Shown here one piece after another: positions 29,534 to 38,739 of a DNA stretch of 63,335 nucleotides. This stretch comes from an uncultured Eubacterium sp. GTDB lineage: Bacteria; Bacillota; Clostridia; Lachnospirales; Lachnospiraceae. Each line of letters opens with the position of its first letter. Position 1 is the first letter of the stretch. The DNA lies in contig CAMUPC010000001.1 in assembly GCA_947090545.1 (NCBI GenBank), positions 1 through 63,335 of the forward strand, written 5' to 3'. The position numbers were made by a program, and so were the translations under genes. Under the pieces are notes generated by a model. The model did no database searches. It was given only the letters and a program-made list of their open reading frames with translations, and was not told the DNA's origin.

Positions 29534-30220
29534 ATGTTATTACTTACACATGTATGGGCGGTCGATATGAGTGAAATAGTTAAAAATTTGCAGATATTTG
29601 AAGATGATATGGTGACTGTCGTATTACTCACAGTCGTAATTGGCGTGTACCTGGTCAGCTTGATGCTGATTCATGAGCTGTCTTTATTTTTACCGCCATA
29701 TTTTGAATGGAAAATAAAGCGGCGTAAGAGTATGCAGCAATTTTATCCCGGATTTCTCAAGCTTATGCTGGAGCTGAAATTATACCAGGCTGAGATAGAA
29801 GAACATCCCATCACCGAAAACCTGCGGATTGCTTCGGACAAGTACATTGCATACAAAAGCGACCCGGAAGGATACCTCGGAGTTTTTGACTATGAAAAAG
29901 ACCAGATCGATCCACTGATTCAATCTGTAGATAAATTGTATCAAAAGTTATTGGAGATGGAAGGCTTTTTAAGCGAAAGCGGCGTACCCCGGTTTTGGCT
30001 CAGGCATTTTATTTTAAAGAGAAGAATTATGAAAAGAATAGCCTGGCTCAGACGCTACGCCAGTTATATGAAAGTTCTCTGCGAAAATGATACATTAGTT
30101 ACTCCAGAAGTTCTGATTTTTGAGATGAACAGCTTTCATATAACAACCAAACTAAAACTGGATGATAAAGCGATGGATCGTTATTTCCATTTGCTGGAAC
30201 GATGGTTTGTGAAATATTAA
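29534..30220 (+). CDS. Hypothetical membrane-anchored protein, paralog 2
   Basis: TM VVLLTVVIGVYLVSLML; SMQQFYPGF, LRIASDKYIAYKSDPEGY, MDRYFHLLERWFVKY. Confidence 0.75.
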   Translation: MLLLTHVWAVDMSEIVKNLQIFEDDMVTVVLLTVVIGVYLVSLMLIHELSLFLPPYFEWKIKRRKSMQQFYPGFLKLMLELKLYQAEIEEHPITENLRIASDKYIAYKSDPEGYLGVFDYEKDQIDPLIQSVDKLYQKLLEMEGFLSESGVPRFWLRHFILKRRIMKRIAWLRRYASYMKVLCENDTLVTPEVLIFEMNSFHITTKLKLDDKAMDRYFHLLERWFVKY

Positions 30221-30241
30221 CGCAGCCAGCCAGTTCATCCA

Positions 30242-30269
30242 TAACAGCCCCGCCGATGCGGGCTGTTAC
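30242..30269. terminator. Stem-loop after paralog 2
   Basis: TAACAGCCC-CGCCGATGC-GGGCTGTTA inverted repeat. Confidence 0.5.
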
Positions 30270-30497
30270 AGAATCAGGCTTATGGCTTTACAGGTCAAGA
30301 CGCAAAGGCGTATGTTCATTCACAGCGGTATCTTATGGATAACCAGGTTGTGTGATTAGAAAGGGACTGGAAGAAAGTGTAAAAGCCTGGTTCGCTGGCA
30401 GCGTTCCTGATGAACTGAAAATGTACTCAAATGATCGGCATGTAGTATGCTGATGGATGCTTTATAGTAAAATTCTATTATGAAATATCTATAGGGA

Positions 30498-30570
30498 GAA
30501 AGCTTATGGAAAGTATCTCCATTAGGTGAAAGCCTATGGGAAGTATCTCCATTAGGTGAAAGCCTATAGA
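30498..30570. repeat. 30-bp tandem repeat (~2.4 copies)
   Basis: GAAAGCTTATGGAAAGTATCTCCATTAGGT / GAAAGCCTATGGGAAGTATCTCCATTAGGT / GAAAGCCTATAGA. Confidence 0.9.
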
Positions 30571-30900
30571 AACGATAACTGTAGCAACGATATCTCTCAG
30601 AAAATATGAATGAGAAATATATGGCGGTTGATAGTTACGAAAAAATACGATGAAGGTTTTATGCGAGAGAAATAACCATAATAAATAACCAGTAAAACTA
30701 TTTTATTTTAATAAAAACAAATTCATAAAATATCAAAAAAGATCAATAAAATTTCTATGAAAAATCATTTTGTGGAAAAGAGATTCCACAGTCTTTTGAT
30801 TCTTTTTATGGTCTGTACAGTTTCTGTGCAGGCCATTCTTGTTTTTTAGCATTTTTGACAGGCGCCGCGCAAATTTTGTAGAATTTTATCAAAAAAATTC

Positions 30901-30929
30901 TTGTCAACGATTTTATTTTATGTTAAACT
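30901..30929 (+). promoter_or_regulatory. Sigma-A-like promoter for paralog 3
   Basis: TTGTCA-N17-TAAACT with an extended TG. Confidence 0.5.
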
Positions 30930-31023
30930 ATGTTTAGAAAGGATCATGTTCGGGGCGAGAATAGCAGGGTAGCAAAGTCGAATATTCGTGAATATGGTTC
31001 TTTCTAATTTTATTGAAAAATAA

Positions 31024-31680
31024 GTGAAAGTTATGAAAGAACTTATAAAATATATTCAAACTATGCAAGGTGCTTTGATCGGGATTCTTTTTATTTCCTG
31101 TATCCTGGCATTTGTTGTAGTTCTTGCGATAGCAGTTAATAAAATTGCTCCAATCATTATAGCCTATCTTGCATCGAACGATGCGCAATATGATCTCATG
31201 AAACAATTTTATCCTGAGCTTAGGGCTCTTATATGCGATCTGAAGCTGGCTGTTGAAAGAGTGCAGAGTAATCAGCTTTATACGGGGCTGCGGAGCTCTG
31301 TGGACAGGTATATTGATTATGAAAAAGACCCCGAAAGATACCGATGTCTGTATAAAGAAGAGCTGCCGATGATAGATTCTTTTTACACAGCGATGCGTGA
31401 AGCTACAGAAAAATTTGCAGAGATCAGCGAGTACCTTCTGACCCATACGCTTCCGGTGACGCCTGTTTTCCGTCCGTTTTTAAAACGGAAAGTCAGTCGG
31501 ATGCTGGCGGAGCTTTACCGCTATGCTTTGATGTGGTATGTGTACCATAAAAAAGAGGTTTGTATGGAAGCTTTGCATAAGAAGTATGTCAGTTATCATA
31601 GGAAATATGAAAAGAAACTGGATGCGAAAAAGCTGGACTGGTATCTTAAGGTTTTGGATCTGTGGTATAAAAAATATTAA
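31024..31680 (+). CDS. Hypothetical membrane-anchored protein, paralog 3
   Basis: TM GALIGILFISCILAFVVVLAIAV; DLMKQFYPEL, LRSSVDRYIDYEKDPERY, LDWYLKVLDLWYKKY. Confidence 0.75.
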   Translation: MKVMKELIKYIQTMQGALIGILFISCILAFVVVLAIAVNKIAPIIIAYLASNDAQYDLMKQFYPELRALICDLKLAVERVQSNQLYTGLRSSVDRYIDYEKDPERYRCLYKEELPMIDSFYTAMREATEKFAEISEYLLTHTLPVTPVFRPFLKRKVSRMLAELYRYALMWYVYHKKEVCMEALHKKYVSYHRKYEKKLDAKKLDWYLKVLDLWYKKY

Positions 31681-31761
31681 TGTTATCGACAAAATATTAC
31701 AAATTTTTACATTTTTTTAAATTAGGGGTTGTTAAAATTAAGTTTTTATGGTATTCTTTAA

Positions 31762-31837
31762 TAAGAGAGTCACATTCAGTAAAGAAATTGTGTTTCATTT
31801 TTACTAAAGATAAAATTTGCTGAGTGTGGTTCTTTTT
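31762..31837 (+). ncRNA. Candidate ~75-nt hairpin small RNA
   Basis: Follows TTGTTA-N17-(TG)TATTCT at 31729-31757; 18-bp stem with four G.U pairs, ending in a T-run. Confidence 0.35.
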
Positions 31838-32016
31838 AAAATAATTCTGAATTGAAGTTATCTAAATTGAACAGTTTGATCATAAATCTATTAGTTTCGA
31901 TATTCTGAAAAATCCAGTATTCTACCTATTAATAAATAGAGAACAGCCCAGTTAAAAGAAGAGAGGAACGTTAGAATAATTCTGTATATTTATTTAAAAA
32001 TGGACAAAATTTTTAA

Positions 32017-32045
32017 TTGACCGTCATAATTTCAGGTGTTATGAT
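32017..32045 (+). promoter_or_regulatory. Sigma-A promoter of the neuB operon
   Basis: TTGACC-N17-TATGAT with an extended TG. Confidence 0.6.
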
Positions 32046-32114
32046 TATTTCAATAGGTAGAGAATAAAGTAGATATTTTAAATAAAGAGAATAAGGAGAA
32101 GATAAAACTACAGT

Positions 32115-33119
32115 ATGAGAACATATATCATAGCAGAGGCAGGTGTCAATCATAATGGTGATATTAATTTAGCAAAGAAGCTAGTAGACATGGCTAAAAA
32201 AGCTGGTGCGGATGCAGTCAAATTTCAGACTTTTAAGGCGGAAGAAAGCACGGGTAAGTGTGCAGAAAAAGCAGATTATCAGAAAAAGAATGATACAACA
32301 CAAGAATCACAATTAGACATGATTCGGAAACTTGAACTTCCTTTTGAAGATTTTGCTATTTTACAAAAGTATTGTCACAGCATAGGGATTGAATTTATAT
32401 CTACGCCGGATGGAGTTGAGAGTTTAGATTATTTAATTAAACTTGAGGTGCCTTTTATAAAAATTGGTTCAACGGAAGTGACAAATTATCCTTTTTTACG
32501 AGAGATTGGAAATTCAGGTAAACCAATGATATTATCTACAGGCATGAGCACCCTTGGAGAGATAGAAAAAGCTATTGATACAATATATGAAACAGGAAAT
32601 AGAGACATAACACTGATGCATTGTACCACTGATTATCCGACATCGATACAAAATGTAAATATGAATGCGATGTTGACTTTGAAAAACGCTTTTCATGTGC
32701 CGATAGGATATTCCGATCATACACTTGGTTATGAAGCTGCTGTTGCGGCAACCACTATGGGTGCAGTGTATATAGAAAAGCATATTACTTTGGACAAAAG
32801 TTTGCCTGGACCGGATCATAAAGCTTCTATGGAACCAAAAGAGTTTTGTGAATATGTATACCATATTCGTAATACTGAGCTTCTTTTAGGAAATGGTATA
32901 AAAAGACCTACGAAACATGAAAAAGATATTATGAACCAGGTTAGGAGAAGTATTTTGGCGAAGTATGATTTAAAGAAAGGCACAATACTTAAAAAAGAAA
33001 TGTTTTGTTATAAACGCCCTGGAGATGGGATATCGCCTGAATATGCAGACATTTTAGAGGGGAGAGAGTTGAAACGGGATATAGGTCAGGAAGAGAGGAT
33101 TTTATGGCAAGATGTATAA
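32115..33119 (+). CDS. neuB: Nonulosonic acid synthase (NeuB/LegI)
   Basis: IIAEAGVNHNGD, ADAVKFQTF, ILSTGMS, GYSDHT, IEKHITLD, GPDHKAS; C-terminal SAF domain KRPGDGI. Confidence 0.95.
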   Translation: MRTYIIAEAGVNHNGDINLAKKLVDMAKKAGADAVKFQTFKAEESTGKCAEKADYQKKNDTTQESQLDMIRKLELPFEDFAILQKYCHSIGIEFISTPDGVESLDYLIKLEVPFIKIGSTEVTNYPFLREIGNSGKPMILSTGMSTLGEIEKAIDTIYETGNRDITLMHCTTDYPTSIQNVNMNAMLTLKNAFHVPIGYSDHTLGYEAAVAATTMGAVYIEKHITLDKSLPGPDHKASMEPKEFCEYVYHIRNTELLLGNGIKRPTKHEKDIMNQVRRSILAKYDLKKGTILKKEMFCYKRPGDGISPEYADILEGRELKRDIGQEERILWQDV

Positions 33120-33157
33120 GAGAATTCTGAACAGTATTGAAAATCTATAGGAGATAA

Positions 33158-34207
33158 GTGTTTATGGAACTTGGGAGTGATTTTGAGCTGAACTTGTCAG
33201 GATTAAGCGTTAAAAATGATTCAATATATCAATATCTTCAAGAATATGATACAATTTTTTTTGATAGCGGACGAACTGCAGCTAGGGTTTTAAATTCAAA
33301 GTTAAAAATAGGCACAATCTTATTGCCAGATTATATTTGTGAATCTGTTATTCAAGTATATCGAGATAAATTTAAAATTAGATATTATCATATTAATAGA
33401 GATTTTTCGATAGACTTTGATGATTTTGAAAATAAGATGGATGATTCAGTAACGATAGTTTATATTATGCATTATTTTGGTATGATACAAGAAAATGAAA
33501 TATTGGATGCGATTGTTTCAGAAAAAAATAAGTATGGTTTTGAGATTATTGAAGATACAACACATAGCATTTTTACAAAAAGCAGGACAATAGGGGATTA
33601 TTGCGTTTGCAGTTTAAGAAAATGGTTTCCCGTTACTGATGGAGGGGTATTATATTCATATCAGGGACTAAAAGATATATATGTACAGGATATCCCTGTA
33701 AAAGAACCATTAGAAAGATTGACCGCTATGCTTTTAAAAAAATTATATATTGATGGGAAATTGGATTGCAATGATCTGTATAGGGAGATTTTTATACGGG
33801 AAGAGGAAAAGCTGGATCAGCAAGATCGCGTGTATCAGATTTCAGACATATCCAGAAGTTTATTGAAATATTTTTCTGTATCAGATTTAATAAGCAAGAG
33901 AATAAAAAATTATGGTATAGTATATGAAACATTATGCTGTAAAAGTATGAATGTACTTCCAAAGTGCAAGGAGATGGTTCCATTAGTATGTCCAGTTTAT
34001 ATTGAGGACAGAGATAAATTTCGTAATTACTTGATCAATAATCACGTGTATTGTGCTGTGCATTGGCCTTTAGAGGAGCCAGAGTTGTATTTTAATGAGG
34101 AAACTGTGTATGTGTCAAAGCACATAATATCGTTGCCAATAGATCAGCGTTATGATAGAAAACATATGGATTATCTTTGTACATTAGTGAAAGAATATGT
34201 ATCGTAG
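33158..34207 (+). CDS. DegT/DnrJ-like PLP-dependent aminotransferase
   Basis: SGRTA, LLPDYICESV, HYFG, IIEDTTHS, SLRKW (PLP lysine), SLPIDQRY. Confidence 0.75.
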   Translation: MFMELGSDFELNLSGLSVKNDSIYQYLQEYDTIFFDSGRTAARVLNSKLKIGTILLPDYICESVIQVYRDKFKIRYYHINRDFSIDFDDFENKMDDSVTIVYIMHYFGMIQENEILDAIVSEKNKYGFEIIEDTTHSIFTKSRTIGDYCVCSLRKWFPVTDGGVLYSYQGLKDIYVQDIPVKEPLERLTAMLLKKLYIDGKLDCNDLYREIFIREEEKLDQQDRVYQISDISRSLLKYFSVSDLISKRIKNYGIVYETLCCKSMNVLPKCKEMVPLVCPVYIEDRDKFRNYLINNHVYCAVHWPLEEPELYFNEETVYVSKHIISLPIDQRYDRKHMDYLCTLVKEYVS

Positions 34208-34247
34208 GTGTTTGAGAAATAAGAAACAAGCAAAAGGCAGGTAGATT

Positions 34248-35300
34248 TTGAATATTATTAGTGTTAATGAGAAGGAAAAGTGGAATCATATTGTAAAAAG
34301 TTTTTCAAAATGGGATATATATTATTTGAATGAATATGCGTATTCGCTGATGCTACATTCAGATGGTATACCTTGTTTAATTTATCAGGAGAAAGATGGG
34401 GGAAGGCTTTGTTATGTAATGATGCAGGAAGATTTGGCAGATTTTCAGCCTTTTTCTGATTGCTTAAATAAGAAAGAGTATTTTGATTGGACAACACCTT
34501 ATGGATATGGCGGACCATTGGCGGAAGGAAATATTACTACAAATTGGATGATTGAGTTTATCGAAGAGTTGACAAATTGGTGTATAGAACATAGAATTGT
34601 TTCACAATTTTTTCGCTTTCACCCTTTATTGCAGAATCAAAAAATATTGGAAAAAGCTTGCGATGTTGTATATATGAAAAAAACCGTATACATTGATACA
34701 AACGATAAAGAAACGATTTTCAATAATATGACGCCTAATAATAGAAATATGGTCAGAAAAGCTGCTAAGAATAAAATAGAAATAATTATGGATAAGGGAG
34801 AAAGGGTTGAAGATTTTAAGAAAATATATAATTCTACCATGAAAAATAATAATGCGGGGGAGTATTATTATTTTGAAAAAGAGTATTTTGATTATCTGAT
34901 CCGCGAAATGCATCAGAATCTTATATTTTTTTATGCATTGTATCAGGGGCTACCGGTGAGTGCTTCTATATTTTTTTATAATGATCAATATATGCATTAT
35001 CATTTGTCTGGAACTCTTTCAGAATATCGAAAGCTGGCAGCTACAAATTTATTGCTGAGTTGTGCAGCAGACTGGGCAACGGAACATGGAATAAAAAAAT
35101 TCCATTTGGGAGGGGGAGTTGGTGTGGAGGATAGCTTGCTGAGATTTAAGAAGCACTTTAATCGTAATGGGCTTCTTGACTTTTGCATAGGAAGAACAAT
35201 ATTTGATCAGGTGGCCTTTGATAAGTTAGTGGGATTAAGAAAAAAAATCGATGAACAATTTGATGAGTCGATACCTTTTTTGATAAAATACAGAGGCTAG
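34248..35300 (+). CDS. GNAT/FemAB-like acyltransferase
   Basis: TPYGYGGP, FFRFHPL, RNMVRKA, HYHLSG, FHLGGG, LLRFKKHF. Confidence 0.8.
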   Translation: MNIISVNEKEKWNHIVKSFSKWDIYYLNEYAYSLMLHSDGIPCLIYQEKDGGRLCYVMMQEDLADFQPFSDCLNKKEYFDWTTPYGYGGPLAEGNITTNWMIEFIEELTNWCIEHRIVSQFFRFHPLLQNQKILEKACDVVYMKKTVYIDTNDKETIFNNMTPNNRNMVRKAAKNKIEIIMDKGERVEDFKKIYNSTMKNNNAGEYYYFEKEYFDYLIREMHQNLIFFYALYQGLPVSASIFFYNDQYMHYHLSGTLSEYRKLAATNLLLSCAADWATEHGIKKFHLGGGVGVEDSLLRFKKHFNRNGLLDFCIGRTIFDQVAFDKLVGLRKKIDEQFDESIPFLIKYRG

Positions 35301-35359
35301 ATAATAATTTGGCAAAATATTGATACAGAAAAATGGAAAGAAGAAAAATTGGTTGTAAA

Positions 35360-36523
35360 ATGAAAAAAATTTGTGTAGTCACATCAACAAGAGCAGAATA
35401 TGGACTTTTGAGAAGAGTTATCCAAAATATTTTGAATGACGATGAATTAGAATTGGTGCTTGCAGTGACAGGAACACACTTGTCAAAAGATTATGGGCAT
35501 ACTATAGAGGAAATTATAAAAGATGGTTTTCCAATTGCCGAGAAGATTCAGATTATGGAAGAAATTAATACATCGTCTGATGTTTGCAAAATAATGGGGA
35601 ATGCAGCAATTCGGTTTGGAAAGATGTTCGACCGGCAAAAGCCAGATTTATTAGTTGTAGAAGGCGATCGTTATGAATTACTGCCAATATGCAGTAGTGC
35701 TATGATGTTTGGAATTCCAATCGCTCATATATCAGGAGGAGAAATTACGGAAGGAGCGATTGATGATGTAGTGCGGCATTGTTTGACAAAGATGAGTTAT
35801 CTCCATTTTCCAGGGTGTGAAGAGTATAAAAGGAGGATTATCCAACTGGGTGAAGAACCAGAACGTGTATTTAATTATGGAGATATTGGAGTAGAAAATG
35901 TCAGGAAGATGGAATACCTGACGAAAAAAGAACTGGAAGATTTTCTGGGTCTTTCTTTGGAAAAACCATATGCAAGTGTAACGTTTCATCCGGTTACCCT
36001 GGAAAAAAATACGGCAGAAAATCAGACGAAAGAATTAATAGCCGCGTTAGAGGAATATTCAGAGATAATTTTTATTGTTACAATGGCAAATGCAGATCCA
36101 CAAGGGCAGGTAATTAACAAAATATTTCAGAGAGGTGCTGATAGAAGTCATAATATTTTTTGTTATGCTTCGTTGGGTATTCAGAGATATCTAAGCCTTA
36201 TGAAATATGCGGAATTTGTAATTGGAAATTCTTCCAGCGGGATTGTAGAAGCCCCGTGTTTTGGGATACCTACGATTAATATTGGAGATCGGCAGAAGGG
36301 AAGGCTGCGGTCAGATAGTGTAATTGATTGTGCACCTGTGAAGGAAGAGATTTGCCAGAGTATTGATAAGGCGTGTTCATCAGAATTTAAGAAAATTGCA
36401 GCGAATGCGGTTAATCCGTATGGAGATGGGGATACGGCAAAGAATATTGTAAATACTATGAAGTCGTTTCTAAAAAGTAGTATTGATTTAAAGAAGAAAT
36501 TTTATGATGTGGTAGAGAAATAA
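35360..36523 (+). CDS. neuC: Hydrolysing NDP-sugar 2-epimerase (NeuC/LegG)
   Basis: VTSTRAEYGLL, VTGTHLS, GDRYE, HISGGE, VTFHPVT, GNSSSGIVEAP, NIGDRQKGR, NPYGDG. Confidence 0.95.
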   Translation: MKKICVVTSTRAEYGLLRRVIQNILNDDELELVLAVTGTHLSKDYGHTIEEIIKDGFPIAEKIQIMEEINTSSDVCKIMGNAAIRFGKMFDRQKPDLLVVEGDRYELLPICSSAMMFGIPIAHISGGEITEGAIDDVVRHCLTKMSYLHFPGCEEYKRRIIQLGEEPERVFNYGDIGVENVRKMEYLTKKELEDFLGLSLEKPYASVTFHPVTLEKNTAENQTKELIAALEEYSEIIFIVTMANADPQGQVINKIFQRGADRSHNIFCYASLGIQRYLSLMKYAEFVIGNSSSGIVEAPCFGIPTINIGDRQKGRLRSDSVIDCAPVKEEICQSIDKACSSEFKKIAANAVNPYGDGDTAKNIVNTMKSFLKSSIDLKKKFYDVVEK

Positions 36524-36560
36524 GAGTAGAATCAAGATGTTATAAGAATGGAGATAATAG

Positions 36561-37232
36561 ATGCAAGACAATAAAAAATCGTTTAATAAAGAATGGGAAT
36601 TGGTACATAGTACACAGGAATGGGGGATGTATCCGACAAAACATGTAATTAGGTTCATTGCGCGGAATTATTATAAGAACAGGAGAGAACAGACTAAAAT
36701 CTTAGATTTTGGTTGTGGTGCAGGGGCACATACATGGTATCTGGCGCGAGAAGGATTTGATGTTTATGCATTTGATGGGTCTGAAAGTGCCGTTGAAAAA
36801 GTCAGACGCAGACTTGAAAAAGAACACTTAAATGCTAAATTAAAAGTTGCAGATGCACTTGAATTAGATTATCAGGATAACTTTTTTGATGTAGTTGTGG
36901 ACAACGTATGTATCTATAGTAATTTATTTGAAAATATAAAAGCTATGTATAAAGATGTGCATCGGATGTTAAAGCCAGGCGGAAAATTATTTTCTTCTTG
37001 TTTTGGAAAAAGGACATACGGTTATGGAAGCGGAGAAGAGCTGGAGACAGATACTTTTGTACGAGTAACGGAAGGTGTTTTGGCTGGACGTGGGACGACA
37101 CATTTTTTTACGATGGAAGCATTAAGACAGATTTTAGAGGAAGCAGGGTTTCAGGATATTCAGGTCGATTTTGTTTTATATACAGACAATGGCACTCAGG
37201 TTGAGCAGTTTATTGCAACGGCAATGAAATGA
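36561..37232 (+). CDS. Class I SAM-dependent methyltransferase
   Basis: ILDFGCGAG, FFDVVVD, RMLKPGG. Confidence 0.9.
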   Translation: MQDNKKSFNKEWELVHSTQEWGMYPTKHVIRFIARNYYKNRREQTKILDFGCGAGAHTWYLAREGFDVYAFDGSESAVEKVRRRLEKEHLNAKLKVADALELDYQDNFFDVVVDNVCIYSNLFENIKAMYKDVHRMLKPGGKLFSSCFGKRTYGYGSGEELETDTFVRVTEGVLAGRGTTHFFTMEALRQILEEAGFQDIQVDFVLYTDNGTQVEQFIATAMK

Positions 37233-37255
37233 AATAAAAAAATTTAAGATTGCTA

Positions 37256-37282
37256 TAAAGTATCTGACCATCCGTCCGATAT
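37256..37282 (+). promoter_or_regulatory. Sigma-D promoter of the major flagellin
   Basis: TAAA-N15-TCCGATAT. Confidence 0.8.
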
Positions 37283-37370
37283 ATAATACAAGTAAAACAA
37301 CATTACTTAAAAGGCAGGATTTCAGTTAGGAGCGTACGGCCGACGGAAGTTTTGCCACAAAATTAAATTT

Positions 37371-37388
37371 TGCATCATGGAAGATGCA
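37371..37388 (+). promoter_or_regulatory. Putative CsrA-binding hairpin in the flagellin 5' leader
   Basis: TGCATC-ATGGAA-GATGCA places ANGGA in the loop, ~10 nt upstream of the AGGAGG SD. Confidence 0.65.
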
Positions 37389-37411
37389 GTAAATTCAAGG
37401 AGGAAATTATT

Positions 37412-38647
37412 ATGGCAATGGTAGTACAGCATAATCTTACAGCGATGAACGCTAATCGTCAGTTGGGTATTACAACAGGTCAGCAGTCAAAATCTTCAGA
37501 GAAGTTATCTTCTGGTTTCAGAATTAATCGTGCGGGCGATGATGCAGCAGGATTAAAGATTTCTGAGAAAATGAGAAGCCAGGTTCGCGGTTTGAATAAA
37601 GCTTCTACGAATGCACAGGATGGTGTATCTCTTATTCAGACAGCAGAAGGTGCTTTAAATGAAGCTCATTCTATTCTCCAGAGAATGAATGAATTGGCAG
37701 TTCAGGGTGCTAATGACACAAATGAAAACATTGACCGTGATGCGATCAACGAAGAATTAGACGCTCTGACACAGGAATTAGATAGAATTTCTCAGACAAC
37801 TCAGTTCAATAAGCAGAACTTATTAGATGGTAGCTTCAGCACAAAGAATCTTCAGGTAGGTGCTAATGCTAATCAGAAAATTCAGATTACAATTGATAAT
37901 ATGAATGCTGAGACATTAGGCTTAAGAGATATTAAGGGATTTGAAGAGGCGGAAACTCAGAAGGGACAGAAAATTACTTCCATTACTTACAAAGGAATGA
38001 CATATCAGTGGAATGATAGTATGTCTGTAGCTAGTAATCAGAGTGCTGCTTTAGCACAGTTCTCACAGGCATTTGAGAATAAACTTGCTCCAGAACAGTA
38101 TGCACCACAGTTGAATGGAACGAGTCAGATCTTTGTAGCTGGTGTTAGTGCGGATGCCGCTACAGCTACTGCTGCTGGTGAGATGTCAGCAAATGTCAGC
38201 TATGTAATGGCAATTGATTTTTCCTATGCAAAAGGTCAAGCAAGCGATGCTATTTTCTTATCATTAACGAAATTTGCTGATAAGCAGAATGTAGTAGCTA
38301 ATGGTCCTACAATTGGCGGAGCTGGAGATTCATTCAATTTTGATAAACCGAAGGTTGATACGTATGCAGTTGCGAATGCAACTATTACAGCAGTACAGTC
38401 GGCTATTAATAAAGTATCTTCTCAGAGATCTGCACTTGGTGCATTACAGAACAGACTGGAACATACAATTGCCAACTTAGATAATGTAGCAGAAAATACA
38501 CAGTCAGCAGAATCTCGTATTCGTGATACAGATATGGCTTCTGAAATGGTTGAATACAGCAAGAATAATATTCTGGCTCAGGCGGGGCAGTCTATGTTAG
38601 CTCAGTCCAACCAATCTACGCAGGGTGTATTGTCCTTGTTACAGTAA
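37412..38647 (+). CDS. fliC: Flagellin (probably the major filament subunit)
   Basis: MVVQHNLTAMNANR, LSSGFRINRAGDDAAGL, LQRMNELAVQ, RSALGALQNRLEH, TQGVLSLLQ; sigma-D promoter, strong RBS and its own terminator. Confidence 0.97.
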   Translation: MAMVVQHNLTAMNANRQLGITTGQQSKSSEKLSSGFRINRAGDDAAGLKISEKMRSQVRGLNKASTNAQDGVSLIQTAEGALNEAHSILQRMNELAVQGANDTNENIDRDAINEELDALTQELDRISQTTQFNKQNLLDGSFSTKNLQVGANANQKIQITIDNMNAETLGLRDIKGFEEAETQKGQKITSITYKGMTYQWNDSMSVASNQSAALAQFSQAFENKLAPEQYAPQLNGTSQIFVAGVSADAATATAAGEMSANVSYVMAIDFSYAKGQASDAIFLSLTKFADKQNVVANGPTIGGAGDSFNFDKPKVDTYAVANATITAVQSAINKVSSQRSALGALQNRLEHTIANLDNVAENTQSAESRIRDTDMASEMVEYSKNNILAQAGQSMLAQSNQSTQGVLSLLQ

Positions 38648-38683
38648 GTATAAGGCTTGCTTCATAAATACAATAAAAAAGCA

Positions 38684-38722
38684 AATAAGAGGAGTTGGTA
38701 TTTCCAACTCCTTTTATTTTTT
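38684..38722 (+). terminator. Intrinsic terminator after fliC
   Basis: ATAAGAGGAGTTGG-TATTT-CCAACTCCTTTTAT-TTTTT. Confidence 0.85.
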
Positions 38723-38739
38723 AAGAGGTTGGTGGAAAA

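Noticed and set aside
30407-30421. Hammerhead ribozyme core (CTGATGA...GAAA)
   Set aside because: Only 3 nt separate CTGATGA and GAAA, so stem II cannot form, and no flanking stems I/III were found.
30498-30570. CRISPR array
   Set aside because: Head-to-tail repeat with no unique spacers.
30946-31023. Upstream in-frame ATG extending paralog 3, or a leader peptide MFGARIAG
   Set aside because: Two in-frame stops intervene and the SD-ATG spacing is only ~2 nt.
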